From a virus (Duplodnaviria; Caudoviricetes): a stretch of 64,000 nt of DNA. Both the position numbers and the translations under genes were made by a program. Of the stretch, positions 42,643 through 53,236 are shown piece after piece. The stretch is from positions 1,177 to 65,176 of IMG/VR virus record IMGVR_UViG_3300031251_000018. One strand, given 5' to 3'. Below the pieces are notes generated by a model, which saw nothing but the letters and a program-made list of their open reading frames with translations, had not been told where the DNA came from and made no database searches. Positions within the stretch are counted from its first letter, which is position 1. Each line of letters starts with the position of its first letter.

Positions 42643-44631
42643 TTAGATTACGATGTCGGCGGGAAGCGAATAGCTGCCGGCCTTCGTATATTGAAGCGGT
42701 ATGTAACGGACCATCACCCAAACGTGCGTTCCTTTCGGGAACAGCGGCGTCAGAAGCGAAAAATCAGAAAGACGGGCATTGACCGGGGATGTTGGGAAAC
42801 CCGATAGAGGATCGCCGGCAGTCGAATATATCGCGTCATAGATGTAGTTAGGGTCAGGCAACAGCGTGTTTTTCGCACCTGACCAATAGTTAGTCCACGC
42901 GTCTTCAGCCCAATCGATGCGGACCCGATACAGTCCCGTCGCCGAGTCATAAACGGTCGACAGAACCGGCAAGGGCGGTGTCGGCGTCGCCGGCGTTCCG
43001 CTTGGCTGGATGATCGGCAAGTCGTGGAGCGGGTCAGTCGGGCACATCGGGTCGTCGAAAATATCTTTCGCGACTTCGACTAGATCGACATTCCATTCCG
43101 CCAGATTTTCGCCGGGATAGACTTGAAGCAGCCGGAACGTCCCGTAAATCTGAAACGTCGCCGCCGATATTCCGATATAACGCTGACCGATTGCCATCAT
43201 GCCGCGCGCATTTAGACGAAGCGTGATCCGGCGCCGCCGGTTGATCCGCATCAGATAGCGCCGGGCCATGCGCCACGCCTGAGAAGGCGACGGGCAGTAT
43301 TCCAGTTGCATCGTATCGATGCGCCGGCCGACCTTGGCTATCGAATCCGCGTCCTGATAGACCGGCGCTTGAACCATGTCACAGTTCATGCGCGGGTCGG
43401 GGTATGTGATATTCAGGTAGTTAGTTTCCTCGGCCAGTGTCGGCCCGAAGTCCTCGCGCACGCCGCTGATATCGGAATCCGTGAAGATGACACGGGGGTC
43501 CTCCCACTTGCCGATCCACATCGTGAACATGCCGTTTTGATCGACGCCGTAGGAGCCATCGCATACGGCCATGATCTTCGCGAGCACGTCGCGCGGCTCA
43601 AGTTCTAGCGAGATATTCGCCGTCACACGCGCGAAGGGCTCATAACAAGTCCCGCCGCCACCGAATGAATACCGAACGCAAGGAACGAGCGCATCGCAAT
43701 CGTTCGCGGCTTCGGAGATCGACGCCCAATTTATCCCGGTCAGCGGAAGCGCGCCCTGCTGAATAAGTCGGTTCACATAATCCGCCGCGATCAGCGCCGG
43801 GTTTTCAGACCACTTCCACGTTTGATTGTAAAGCGAGTAGTTCCCGGTCGTCGGGTCATTCTGAGACTGCGAACCGTCGCGCGGGTCATAGACCAGCGCG
43901 CCACGGTAAACGAAATTGTAGACGGGCCAGTTGTTCGGGTAAAGCGAGCGGCGATCAATGCCCCACGTATTAAAACTTGATTGCGAGGTAAATGCCCATG
44001 CGTAAACTACCGTAACGCCTTTTCCAAGGTGGGTATTATCCCATATCGCGGGGATGCTCGTATCGACAACGGATTGCCCGTTTACGTTCCCAGAAGTGAG
44101 GAACGTAGTCATCAGATACGACTGACGGCCCGTTAATGTCGCTGAAAGAACTTCAACAAAGACGACACTTGCTCCATATCCCCCGCTTAATTTTTTAGTT
44201 CCTGACGGCGCTTGAAACACAGTCGTCGGGTCGGGGGCGGCGGGGGAATTTGACACAGCCTGAATCCACCCAACATATTCGTCGTCACAGATGATTGAAT
44301 CTATTCCTCCGATCGGCCCATCACAAAGATATAGGCCATAAACGACCTGACCCTTAGAGGCCCCCGCTTCCTTACAGAAGAAAATTCCTCCCGAGCGCAC
44401 GCGGCCATAAGAGATCACGCGCGGCACGACCGGCAGATCGACGGCGACCTTCATTGGCGGCGGCGCCGCCGCAATCGAGATCGGTTGCGGCGCGGCACCT
44501 TTTTTGCGGTTTGCAAGATAGCCGAGGCCAATCGAGCCCGCAGCGAAAATCGGCGCGGCCCATTGGAAGCCGGGCACGAACGACGCGATGGAGCCGAAGA
44601 CGCCGAGGATCGGCGAGAGAACCTTAGACAT
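42643..44631 (-). CDS. Tail tip/hub protein (host-specificity J-like)
   Basis: YGRVRSGG, GALVYDPRD, WKWSENPALIAADY, AANDCD, SQAWRMA. Confidence 0.88.
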   Translation of the reverse strand: MSKVLSPILGVFGSIASFVPGFQWAAPIFAAGSIGLGYLANRKKGAAPQPISIAAAPPPMKVAVDLPVVPRVISYGRVRSGGIFFCKEAGASKGQVVYGLYLCDGPIGGIDSIICDDEYVGWIQAVSNSPAAPDPTTVFQAPSGTKKLSGGYGASVVFVEVLSATLTGRQSYLMTTFLTSGNVNGQSVVDTSIPAIWDNTHLGKGVTVVYAWAFTSQSSFNTWGIDRRSLYPNNWPVYNFVYRGALVYDPRDGSQSQNDPTTGNYSLYNQTWKWSENPALIAADYVNRLIQQGALPLTGINWASISEAANDCDALVPCVRYSFGGGGTCYEPFARVTANISLELEPRDVLAKIMAVCDGSYGVDQNGMFTMWIGKWEDPRVIFTDSDISGVREDFGPTLAEETNYLNITYPDPRMNCDMVQAPVYQDADSIAKVGRRIDTMQLEYCPSPSQAWRMARRYLMRINRRRRITLRLNARGMMAIGQRYIGISAATFQIYGTFRLLQVYPGENLAEWNVDLVEVAKDIFDDPMCPTDPLHDLPIIQPSGTPATPTPPLPVLSTVYDSATGLYRVRIDWAEDAWTNYWSGAKNTLLPDPNYIYDAIYSTAGDPLSGFPTSPVNARLSDFSLLTPLFPKGTHVWVMVRYIPLQYTKAGSYSLPADIVI

Positions 44632-44971
44632 GCCACGCCTTCAATATTGTAGGCCGGCTTTCGATCACCACGCGCGAAAAGCTACGCGTTACGAACCAGC
44701 AATCGGCCGTCAGCACGCCGAGCAGAGCGCCGCCGCGCTCTTGCGCGGCGAGCGCAACGGCAAACGGTTCCGGCGCGCAGGGCGTCAGCCCCAACCGAGC
44801 ACACCAATGACTGACGCCGGCCTCAACCCCGAGGCGTCGCCAATCGAGCATGATGGCCCGCAGGCAGGGCGTTCCCTCAACTCCTTGTGCTTCTAGCCAC
44901 TCGGCCACAAAGCCCGCGCACGGGCCGCGCCGGCCCGTTCTGCGGGCGAAGGGAATGGGGTCGGGCCTCAA
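44624..44971 (-). CDS. Tail assembly protein, NlpC/P60-like (degenerate)
   Basis: CAGFVAEWL...AWHV; position between minor tail and tail tip genes. Confidence 0.6.
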   Translation of the reverse strand: MRPDPIPFARRTGRRGPCAGFVAEWLEAQGVEGTPCLRAIMLDWRRLGVEAGVSHWCARLGLTPCAPEPFAVALAAQERGGALLGVLTADCWFVTRSFSRVVIESRPTILKAWHV

Positions 44972-45579
44972 TAGGTTATGACCGTATGCTTGTAGCCAAC
45001 GCGCTCAAAGATATTGTCGCCGGGGTATTTCATTTGTTGATCCGTGTGCGACACCAGATTAAGCGGCGGGATATGCTTCGACCCAAAAAGCGGTTCGGCC
45101 GGCAAGGTGAATGTCACCGAGCCGTTCGTGCTATCGAAGGCAAGGCTTCCACTTCCAAGCTGGTAGCGCGCCACGACATAGGGCAGATCGATCGGAACCG
45201 AACTAACCGAATCGAAAAACATCAAGTAAACGACCGCCTGCCGGCCGAGCGTCTCATTCACTGAGTCCGACACGGCGCGCGAAAGCGTCGAATAGATATG
45301 ACCGACGCTCTTGTCGGCGGTCTGCGGCGCAAGCACTTTCGAGAGCGTCAGTTGCAAGGGCGACGTTGCCGCCTCTGCGCCGCATTGAATGCCGCTGATC
45401 TGCCCCAACATGCCGAGCCCGGTCCACTTTTGGCCGGTGTTGTCAATAAAACTGTCACCCTGGCACAGGAAAAGCGTCTCACTCACAAGCTGGAGTTGAA
45501 CGCCATAGATGGCGCGCACGATATTGCCAGCGAGGATCGATTGAACCGTCGCGCTGAAAAGAACGTCAGGCGCGGCCAT
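44968..45579 (-). CDS. Minor tail protein
   Basis: WTGLG.LG.IS, DQQMKYPGD motifs. Confidence 0.8.
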   Translation of the reverse strand: MAAPDVLFSATVQSILAGNIVRAIYGVQLQLVSETLFLCQGDSFIDNTGQKWTGLGMLGQISGIQCGAEAATSPLQLTLSKVLAPQTADKSVGHIYSTLSRAVSDSVNETLGRQAVVYLMFFDSVSSVPIDLPYVVARYQLGSGSLAFDSTNGSVTFTLPAEPLFGSKHIPPLNLVSHTDQQMKYPGDNIFERVGYKHTVITY

Positions 45580-46259
45580 TACCAGCGAGCCTCTACAAAT
45601 TCGAACGAAGCCGAACCAAGCGCACCGAACTGCACGCTAGGATTGAACGCGGCCGAGCCTGGATCGAGGTATGCAAGCATACGGGGGTCGTCGATCTCAA
45701 GCACATCGCCGCTTGAATAGGCTGCGCGTGTCGGGGGCCAGATAGTCCACGTCGTGCCGCTGATGTCCTTCAACAGATGCAGCCGCCCGCCCAATTCAAA
45801 GAAGTCGCCAACGGCCACGGGGGCGGTGGCCGAATTGTTTACCGAGATAGTCGTCGCGCCGAGGGCGACGTTCGCGGCAAGCTTGCAATCGCTGGTCGAT
45901 GATGCGAAGCCGAAGCCGCTCGTGAAGCCGAACCCCGAAGTGAAATTGTTCGTGATTGGCCGGGTAACTTGAGCACGTTGAAAGGGCGCGTAGAGCGACG
46001 GGAACGTGCTCACGTAAATCGGCTCAAGGCTTCCGGCGAGCGCCGCGATCATCTGACGGTAAAGCCCGTAGTTGCGCCCGGTGAACGCGACATCGCTGTA
46101 AATGATGCGCCAGCCGCCCGCCGAAGACAGAACTGTCTGCGGGCGGCCGTAAAGCACGGGCGCGCCGGTGATGGCCGCGCGCTCGACCTTCACGCTCACT
46201 TCGTTCGGGATCAGCGTCGATGGCCAAACGCGAACGGTCGGGTCGCGGAAAGCCGTCAT
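45579..46259 (-). CDS. Distal tail protein-like
   Basis: Directly follows tape measure; IWPPTR, FVEA C-terminus. Confidence 0.75.
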   Translation of the reverse strand: MTAFRDPTVRVWPSTLIPNEVSVKVERAAITGAPVLYGRPQTVLSSAGGWRIIYSDVAFTGRNYGLYRQMIAALAGSLEPIYVSTFPSLYAPFQRAQVTRPITNNFTSGFGFTSGFGFASSTSDCKLAANVALGATTISVNNSATAPVAVGDFFELGGRLHLLKDISGTTWTIWPPTRAAYSSGDVLEIDDPRMLAYLDPGSAAFNPSVQFGALGSASFEFVEARW

Positions 46260-49200
46260 GCCGTCCTCCGCTGATAGTCCTGCATCATGGTCGGCACTTG
46301 CGCCATAGCCTGCGCAACCCGCTTGCCGACGATCAATTCGACATGCCCCGCGGTCACACGCGGCTCCACATCGACGCCGGCGTAGTTATGGACCGAGACG
46401 CTGGTCCCGCCGCCGTTGCCGTTCATCTGCACCGGAATCGCGCCGCCTTTGAGCGGGACAAATGCCTCGGGGCCCGAGCCCTCGCCGAAGAGGGCTAACT
46501 GCGGCGTGTGCGCGACGCCACCACCGGCGTAAGCGCGCATCGGTATCGGCCCGGACGGGCCCATGACGCCGCCCTCGGCGAATGTCGGGACGGCGAGCGA
46601 GCCCGCGCCGCCAACTGTCGGAGTCGGCCCGCTGTTGAAAAAGCTCCCGATCGCGTTTCCGAGGCTTTGCAGCAAGCCCCCCGAGCCCGTTCCGCCGCCG
46701 CCGAGGCCACCGGGGCTCGCTGTGGCGCCCGAGACGTTCACAGTCGTCGCGTTGACGTTCATTTGCTGCGCGTTTGCAGCCTTGCCGCTGCCGAAGCCGA
46801 ACATATCGGCAATGCCGTCAAACAGCGATTTTCCGAGGCTGTCGGCCTTGCCGAAAAGCTTTCCGCCCATCGTGTCCGAGCCAGGGGTGCCCTGATCGCC
46901 GAAGGCTTTCGTCGTCAAGTAGTTTGCGACGTTGCTAAATCCGGTGCTCTCGACGTTACCGAGAATGCCTTTGAGAACATCCTTCGGCTTATTGCCCTGC
47001 ACGAGCCCCGTCGCGAGATCAGCGAGCGAGCTACTCGTGACGCCGCGGACCTGATCGAGCCCTTTATTATAGTCGGCCTGCGCCTTCGCCGCGTCTTTCT
47101 GCGAGACCGCGAGTTGCGCATATTTGCCCGCGAGGTCTTCGACTTCTTTCTTTTGATCTTCAGTAAGCTTTACGCCTTGCTTCTGGAAACCGTTCAGGAT
47201 TTCCTGGTTCTTCGCAGATTGAGCCACTTCCAAATCAGACTTACCGAATGCGGCAACCTGCGCATCTAACGCCTTAGTCTGAAGATCGATATCCTTGTTC
47301 ATCTCTTTGATCTTCGAGTCGTAAAACTCGGCGTTCAAAGCGTCTAAACGATCCTTCTTTCCCTTTTCCGCGTCCGATCTGATCTTGTCAGCCGTCGCAG
47401 CGGCGGAATCGCTGCGGGCTACATCGATGATCTTGCCGGTCGGCAGATCGGCGCCGGGGCGCTTGAAGCCCTCCCACGCGCCGATACCTTGCGTCTTGGC
47501 GATCCAGGCCGCCATGGCTTGCTGGTTCTCCGGCGAAAACATCTCGTTTCCGCCGAGTCCGAGCGCCTTCATGGCGTCGCGCTGCGTCGAATTGACGATC
47601 TGAAACGCGCCCTTGGCCGAGGAATTCATGCCCTGCGCTTTGCGAACCTTGTCGCCCCACGCAAGGGATTCGTCCATCGTCATCGACGTAAGCGGTTTCG
47701 GCGACTTCATATAGCCGAGCGACGTGTTGTAGGGGTCTCCGAATTTACCCGTGCCTTCGGCCTTGATGATCTTTGAGAACAGATCATCGTTGGGATTAAA
47801 CGATCCCCCTGCAAAAGCCGGGAGGGTGTTCTTTCCTGCGTTGTCGTTCATGTGCGCCGCGGCGCGGATGCCGACACCGGCGACAACAGCGGCGAGATCA
47901 TTGAACGCAGTCGCGACCGTAGTGGCCGCCGTTGCTGCAACGTCGAAGGACGCTTTAAGGGGCTCGGCTTCGGGCGGAACGATCTTTTTCGTAAGATCGT
48001 TATACTCGTTCATGATCTGCGCTTTCGCGCGATCATAGGGATTCATCCCCGCCATTTCGAGTTGCCGGGAGCCGGTGAGCGCGTAATCACGAGCCTGCCG
48101 GGCCGAGTCGGCAAGGAGCTTCGCCCGCTCTCCCTCGGCCGTCGCTGACGCCTCTAGCGCGTGCGCGCCGTCGCGGAGCGTGTCGATCCTCTCCTTCTCG
48201 GCGATGATCGCCGCCTTCTCCGCGAAGGACTGCGCCATGATCGACTCGGCGGCGAGCCGGGCGTCGTCCGCGATCTTGTTGACCGGCTCCATACGAGCCG
48301 CGAGTTCGTCGGCGGCCTTCTGCGCTGCGGCGGCCTGCGCCTTCTGTTGCGCTGCCGCGTCACCGCCGTTCAGGTAGTCCGTCGTATGGTAGCCTTGGCC
48401 GGAAAGTAGATTAAAACCACGATCGGCGCCGCGCATAATGCCCGCGCCGAAATTGGTCAATCCATTCGACATCGAGACGCCGATGTCGTGCAGCCAATTC
48501 CCGAAGTTTGTGGACGGGTCTTTCAGACCCTCCATCGACGTGCGGACCATGTCCAACAATTTCGCGGTCGCGGCCGAGCGGTCGCCGAGGCCCGCAATCG
48601 CTTCGATCTCCTTGACCTGGGAACGGGTCAGAAGGTCGAAGTTGTCAGCGAGGGTCTTGGCGCCGCTAGCCGGGTCTGCAAGGGCGCTGGCGAGCGTCTT
48701 GGTCGCGTCGGTCTCGCTCATCCCCATGCGATTACCGAAGGAGCGGCCGAGGCCGATAGCTCCCTCGATAGACGATCCCGATACGCCCGAACGAAGATAC
48801 TGCCCGGCGGCTTCCCGCGCCGCGCTGATCGAGATATCTCCTGCGCCGGCTGCGCGGGTCGAGGCGTCGAGCGTTTGCTGAAGCGTCAATCCCGACGTGC
48901 GGCCGATACCGTTAAGCGCAGACTGAAGATCACGCACGGCGGCGGCCTGGGCGTAGATCGAATAGCCCATCGTCGCGAAGGCCGCAGTCACGCCGACGGC
49001 TGCGGTGGCGGCCGGAGTGATGAGCCCTAGAAGGCTTTCACCGAGGGCCTTTACGCCATCTTTGAAGCCGCCCTGATGCGCGTTCAGGATGTCATACATC
49101 TGCGCGCCCTGTTGGACGAAGACCGTCATGGCTTGCTGGCCGCTATAAAGCGACACGCCCACGTCTTCGATCTGGCGCGTAAAGTTTACGATCTCGTAGG

Positions 49201-50305
49201 GGAACAGCCCCTTCTTCATTCTCGCCGTAGCCTCGGCGAAGTCATCCGTGGCTTTGCCCGCTGCTCCCGTCGCCTGCGCGTAGGACGACATGCGGCCGAC
49301 CATCGATTGATCGAAGGTCGCCTGATCGCCTGCCGCGGTCATCTTCTTCATCATGTCGCCGACGGGGGTCTCGGACCCAATCGTCAGTTTCGGCGCGGAC
49401 GACATGCGGCCGGGGATCGAGTTTTCCCACGCGGCTTGCGATCCCGCAGCGGTCATCTTCACCGCTAGGTCGTCAAGGGGCTTCGCAGCCGCAGCGGCGT
49501 CCATCGCCATCTGCCTCGCTGCGGCCGACCACTCACCCAACCGGCCGATCATGGACCGGCTCTGATCGTTGAAGGCGCTCATCGCCGCCGTCATATCCGC
49601 GACGGGCTTCGTGTAATCCAGCATCACCGGCTGCGAGGCCGACATGCGCTCGGCAACCGAACGGGCCGGGTCGTTCAACCGACCAGACTCGTTCATCTTC
49701 GCCATGAGATCGCCGACGGGCTTGATAGCCGCGAGTGCCGCGGCTTCCATGTCCTGCATCGCCTTATTGGCGGCGGCAATCTTCCCGGCAAAGGATTCGG
49801 CGTATTCCGCCGCGGCGCGCTGCTTCTCTTGATAGTTGTTCAGAACAGCAACGACATCGCCGGACGAACGCTTGTATTCCAGAAGGATCGCGTTCGTGTC
49901 CGCGACGGCCTTGTTATACTTCTCCTGTTGCTGCGTGACTGCGTTCTGGATCAGGATCGTGCGATCATCCTGCCCGTAGCCTAGCGCGTTGGCGCGCTCT
50001 ACGAGACCGCGCGTGGAATCCGAGCCTAGAACCTTCTCAAAACTCTGGATGACGCGGACGTTCTGATCCCAAGACCGGACAGCCTGATTAAGCTGCCGAT
50101 CGAGCGACTCTACCGCCTTTTGCGACCGCTCGAAAGATACAACCGTCGCATCGCCGGCCGCGGAAGCCGCACTCTCGATCTTCGCTGCGGACGCGGCGGC
50201 TTTATCCGCTGCGCCCGCAAGATGGTCAAGATTCGTCGCCGCCTGTTCGACGCCGCCGGTCGTAACCGCTATGTGGATTTCAGATTGAACGCTTTCGTCA
50301 GCCAT
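46256..50305 (-). CDS. Tape measure protein with internal muramidase-like domain
   Basis: 1349 aa, Ala-rich helical; QIEDVGVSL.SGQ....VFVQQGAQ; FAEGGV...GEGSGPEAFVPL. Confidence 0.92.
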   Translation of the reverse strand: MADESVQSEIHIAVTTGGVEQAATNLDHLAGAADKAAASAAKIESAASAAGDATVVSFERSQKAVESLDRQLNQAVRSWDQNVRVIQSFEKVLGSDSTRGLVERANALGYGQDDRTILIQNAVTQQQEKYNKAVADTNAILLEYKRSSGDVVAVLNNYQEKQRAAAEYAESFAGKIAAANKAMQDMEAAALAAIKPVGDLMAKMNESGRLNDPARSVAERMSASQPVMLDYTKPVADMTAAMSAFNDQSRSMIGRLGEWSAAARQMAMDAAAAAKPLDDLAVKMTAAGSQAAWENSIPGRMSSAPKLTIGSETPVGDMMKKMTAAGDQATFDQSMVGRMSSYAQATGAAGKATDDFAEATARMKKGLFPYEIVNFTRQIEDVGVSLYSGQQAMTVFVQQGAQMYDILNAHQGGFKDGVKALGESLLGLITPAATAAVGVTAAFATMGYSIYAQAAAVRDLQSALNGIGRTSGLTLQQTLDASTRAAGAGDISISAAREAAGQYLRSGVSGSSIEGAIGLGRSFGNRMGMSETDATKTLASALADPASGAKTLADNFDLLTRSQVKEIEAIAGLGDRSAATAKLLDMVRTSMEGLKDPSTNFGNWLHDIGVSMSNGLTNFGAGIMRGADRGFNLLSGQGYHTTDYLNGGDAAAQQKAQAAAAQKAADELAARMEPVNKIADDARLAAESIMAQSFAEKAAIIAEKERIDTLRDGAHALEASATAEGERAKLLADSARQARDYALTGSRQLEMAGMNPYDRAKAQIMNEYNDLTKKIVPPEAEPLKASFDVAATAATTVATAFNDLAAVVAGVGIRAAAHMNDNAGKNTLPAFAGGSFNPNDDLFSKIIKAEGTGKFGDPYNTSLGYMKSPKPLTSMTMDESLAWGDKVRKAQGMNSSAKGAFQIVNSTQRDAMKALGLGGNEMFSPENQQAMAAWIAKTQGIGAWEGFKRPGADLPTGKIIDVARSDSAAATADKIRSDAEKGKKDRLDALNAEFYDSKIKEMNKDIDLQTKALDAQVAAFGKSDLEVAQSAKNQEILNGFQKQGVKLTEDQKKEVEDLAGKYAQLAVSQKDAAKAQADYNKGLDQVRGVTSSSLADLATGLVQGNKPKDVLKGILGNVESTGFSNVANYLTTKAFGDQGTPGSDTMGGKLFGKADSLGKSLFDGIADMFGFGSGKAANAQQMNVNATTVNVSGATASPGGLGGGGTGSGGLLQSLGNAIGSFFNSGPTPTVGGAGSLAVPTFAEGGVMGPSGPIPMRAYAGGGVAHTPQLALFGEGSGPEAFVPLKGGAIPVQMNGNGGGTSVSVHNYAGVDVEPRVTAGHVELIVGKRVAQAMAQVPTMMQDYQRRTA

Positions 50306-50690
50306 TAGCTTGATCCGGCGTTCTGACGTGTGCGAAGAACTGACAACAGAGATGTCAGACCCTCAACGTCGTCCACTTCGATTTCCTTGATCCCGTCGGG
50401 ATGCTCCGATCGCTCGGAAAGACGGGCAAGGATGGCGTTGTCGATGAGACGAAGAAGCCGAACCTCCCAAGGGTTTGGCTTCCTTGCCGTTAGGGCCGCC
50501 CACGCCGCGATCTCCTGGTAAGAGATCGCATTCGGCGCGGAAAAGCCCATTGTTCGCGTATAGGAAAGTTCACAATACCAACCCCACACATGCGCGAGCA
50601 CCGGGGGCAGGATGCTTCGAACTTTCCTCGGATCGCTCCGGAAGTATGCCTCGGTCGCGTAATCGATTAAGCGGATGCCGAGGCTTTCAA
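50305..50690 (-). CDS. Tail assembly chaperone, -1 frameshift extension (gpT-like)
   Basis: HVWGWYCELS..R..GF..NAISYQEIAAW...PWEVRLLR.ID; no own start, opens at slippery site. Confidence 0.8.
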
Positions 50691-51083
50691 GAAATTTGCC
50701 CTGTCCTCGACGAAGGCTTTCACCTGTTCGCGAAGCCACGGAAGCCGCTCATAAAGCGCCCGCGCGTTGGCGGGGGAGTATGGAAGCGGCGCGCCCGCTT
50801 TTTCAATGCCCTGCCAATCAAGAGTGACAGCCACGAGAAGATCGATATTCTCGCGCATCAAATCTTCTGCGGTCTGTTGCTGTGAGCGCGCGTTTAGGCT
50901 GGTCTGAAGGCGCTTGTTCACCTGAGTCGTAAACGCGGCCTGATACCTTTCGCCATCGACACCAGCAACGGTAAGAGTTACCGCCGTTCCGTCGGCCAGA
51001 GTGAGCGGAACGCCTGTAATCGGATGCTTGACGGGCAGAACAACGCCGGCGTTGCCGCTCGTATCGAAATCTTCGATATCCAT
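50667..51083 (-). CDS. Tail assembly chaperone (gpG-like)
   Basis: KHPITG, WLREQV..F..DRANF; A AAT TTC heptamer at 50697-50691. Confidence 0.85.
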   Translation of the reverse strand: MDIEDFDTSGNAGVVLPVKHPITGVPLTLADGTAVTLTVAGVDGERYQAAFTTQVNKRLQTSLNARSQQQTAEDLMRENIDLLVAVTLDWQGIEKAGAPLPYSPANARALYERLPWLREQVKAFVEDRANFLKASASA

Positions 51084-51146
51084 TTGACCCTCTTTGCTTG
51101 ACCCCGCGGAAGGAAGCTCCCCGACTTTCGCCGGGGAGCGGTTTTA

Positions 51147-51620
51147 TTAGGTCGGAGCGGAAGTCGTGACCTTGGTGTTGATCGCAAGCTGGAAAAGGCG
51201 CTTGGCGATGTCCGAGGCGGTGCCGACGGTAAGGCGCTGCGAGACCACGAAGGCGCAGAGATAATCGATCTGCGCGGTGCCGCCGGTGGTAAGCTGGTTC
51301 GGCAGGGTGATCTTGATCGGATACATGAACTGCGTCGCCTGGGCGGCGATGAGCGCAACCTGACCCGCATCGTCGTAGCGATCGAGAACAGTCAGCGCGA
51401 GGGTGCCGGCGTCGCGCGGTCCCTTCGCCTTGAAGACGCGGTTTTCCTGAAGCGTCGTCGCCGTCAGGATTTGAGACTGATCGCCGTAGTCAGCGAGCGA
51501 GAAGACGCTGCCAATGACGGTCCAGGTGAGAGCCAGATACGCCGCAGCGTTGGCCGGCTCTACCGTAACAGAAGGCGCAATCGAGATCGATGCGCCTGCG
51601 GCGGCATACGGGGTAGACAT
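51147..51620 (-). CDS. Major tail tube protein
   Basis: KAKGPRDAG.L.L....DDAGQ.AL. Confidence 0.85.
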   Translation of the reverse strand: MSTPYAAAGASISIAPSVTVEPANAAAYLALTWTVIGSVFSLADYGDQSQILTATTLQENRVFKAKGPRDAGTLALTVLDRYDDAGQVALIAAQATQFMYPIKITLPNQLTTGGTAQIDYLCAFVVSQRLTVGTASDIAKRLFQLAINTKVTTSAPT

Positions 51621-51635
51621 AGTCGAGTTCCCTTT

Positions 51636-52025
51636 TTAGGAGTAATACTCGTAGCGATAAGGCACGATCACAGAGGCTATAAAATAGCTTCCATCATCGA
51701 TGCCTTCACGGATCGTCGGCGCGTAACAAGACACACCGCCGAAGTTCTGTCGGTTGAAAATGGCCGCGATCGACTCGCACCATGTTTCGCTTTTATCGAC
51801 GCCCGACATGATTTCCGTCGCAACGACAATTCGGAACGACCCCGTTTCCCGATTGTAGTTAGACAGAGCCGCCATCACATTTTGCGAGACGGGAAATTCA
51901 ATACGAACCCAAGGAGAGCCATCCGTTGGGGTCTGTTCGTCAATGTTCAGCACCAAAATAGGCGCGAGCGTGAAGTTCGCCGCGAGACGCGCAGCGACCG
52001 CGGTCCTTACAGCCTGCTTCGCCAT
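51636..52025 (-). CDS. Tail terminator-like protein
   Basis: PWVRIEF motif; position before major tail gene. Confidence 0.7.
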   Translation of the reverse strand: MAKQAVRTAVAARLAANFTLAPILVLNIDEQTPTDGSPWVRIEFPVSQNVMAALSNYNRETGSFRIVVATEIMSGVDKSETWCESIAAIFNRQNFGGVSCYAPTIREGIDDGSYFIASVIVPYRYEYYS

Positions 52026-52028
52026 CGC

Positions 52029-52694
52029 TTACCTCGGGAGAACGTAAATCGCCGGATTGCGCGAATCGTGCTCGGCCTTGTTGGCTGCACGAAGTGCCGC
52101 GCTCGCCTTCTTGCCGCCCGATCTTCCGCCGAGCGGAACATAAGGCCCCATCAAGGACCGATAGGTGAAACCAACCTTCGCGATGTTACCGAAACGACGT
52201 TGCGCCATGTCGGCGACAACGTCGTAGACACCGTCGGGGGCTTGCGAGGATTCGCCGCGCTCAATCTTGCGCGCGTAGGGCACAAGGTTGATGAAGAAGT
52301 ATTCATTCGCCGCGGGGATGTCTTCCGTCTCTGGAATAACCTCGACGCCATCGGCGAGCATGATGTGGTTCTGTGCGTAGTGAATCGGCGGATCGCCCCA
52401 CGGAGAATGGAGCACAAGCTGCTCGCCTATCCACGCGAGAAGAGGCTTGATAAGATCGAACTGAAACGCGATCAAACCGTGATCGGGGTTGACACTATCG
52501 AGAGGCGCATTTTCGCGCCCGTCTACGAACTGACGATACGGACTATCTCGCCCGGTCGCATCCTTGTTAGCCGCAAGCGCGTTATTGAGAATCCTTGTGG
52601 CCTGCGCCGCCGCGATTTGTTGTCTCTTTTCGACCGACAGAGCGTTCGATAGGACGACGCCAAACTCGCGGCGGAAATTAAGGATTCGCGCCAT
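52029..52694 (-). CDS. Neck/tail completion protein (HK97 gp10-like)
   Basis: PYARKIERGESSQAPDGVY. Confidence 0.75.
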   Translation of the reverse strand: MARILNFRREFGVVLSNALSVEKRQQIAAAQATRILNNALAANKDATGRDSPYRQFVDGRENAPLDSVNPDHGLIAFQFDLIKPLLAWIGEQLVLHSPWGDPPIHYAQNHIMLADGVEVIPETEDIPAANEYFFINLVPYARKIERGESSQAPDGVYDVVADMAQRRFGNIAKVGFTYRSLMGPYVPLGGRSGGKKASAALRAANKAEHDSRNPAIYVLPR

Positions 52695-53224
52695 TAGGCC
52701 GAACGGCCGAGAATGCCGATCTGATAGGTGTTCGACGCGCCGGCCGAATTAACGATCGACAGGATATCTGCGGTGCCGGCCGTGACCGTGCCGAGGCCGG
52801 CGGCGGCCGGGGAGCACAGGAACAGACACGCGCCGGGCTGAAGCGGGCCAATCGTCGGCGTAGTGCCGCCGAGGAAGCCGACAAACGGGTTGGCGCCGCC
52901 GCCGAGCGTAAGCGTGGTCGTGTTCGCCGCGCCGCCCGTGCTGTTGATGTTCTCGATAAACAGCGCGACAAGATGGATGGTCGAGATGGTGACGCCGAGG
53001 GCGTCGGTCAACGCGCCGTTAAGATCGATCGAGTCCGTGGCGCCCGTGGTAACGGTGCGGTTCGCCATGTAGCAAAGATCACACTGACCAGCGCCCGAGC
53101 CGCTTGCAAACGCCTGAGCGTATGAGACTGCGCCGGTCCAGAATGGACCCGCAGCAAATGCGTTCGTGCCTTGCTGCGTTGCCGTCATAGAGAAGTTGAC
53201 GACCGCGTTCGTATTAGATGCCAT
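52694..53224 (-). CDS. Virion structural protein, beta-rich
   Basis: IDLNGALTDALG, VTAGTADIL motifs. Confidence 0.7.
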   Translation of the reverse strand: MASNTNAVVNFSMTATQQGTNAFAAGPFWTGAVSYAQAFASGSGAGQCDLCYMANRTVTTGATDSIDLNGALTDALGVTISTIHLVALFIENINSTGGAANTTTLTLGGGANPFVGFLGGTTPTIGPLQPGACLFLCSPAAAGLGTVTAGTADILSIVNSAGASNTYQIGILGRSA

Positions 53225-53236
53225 GATAGCCTCTTT

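Noticed and set aside
33623-44631. Diversity-generating retroelement acting on fibre genes
   Set aside because: No reverse transcriptase and no TR/VR pair recognised
51471-52652. 393-aa plus-strand ORF and similar long antisense ORFs (27829-28761, 55216-56232, 61893-62852)
   Set aside because: Shadows of well-supported genes on the opposite strand
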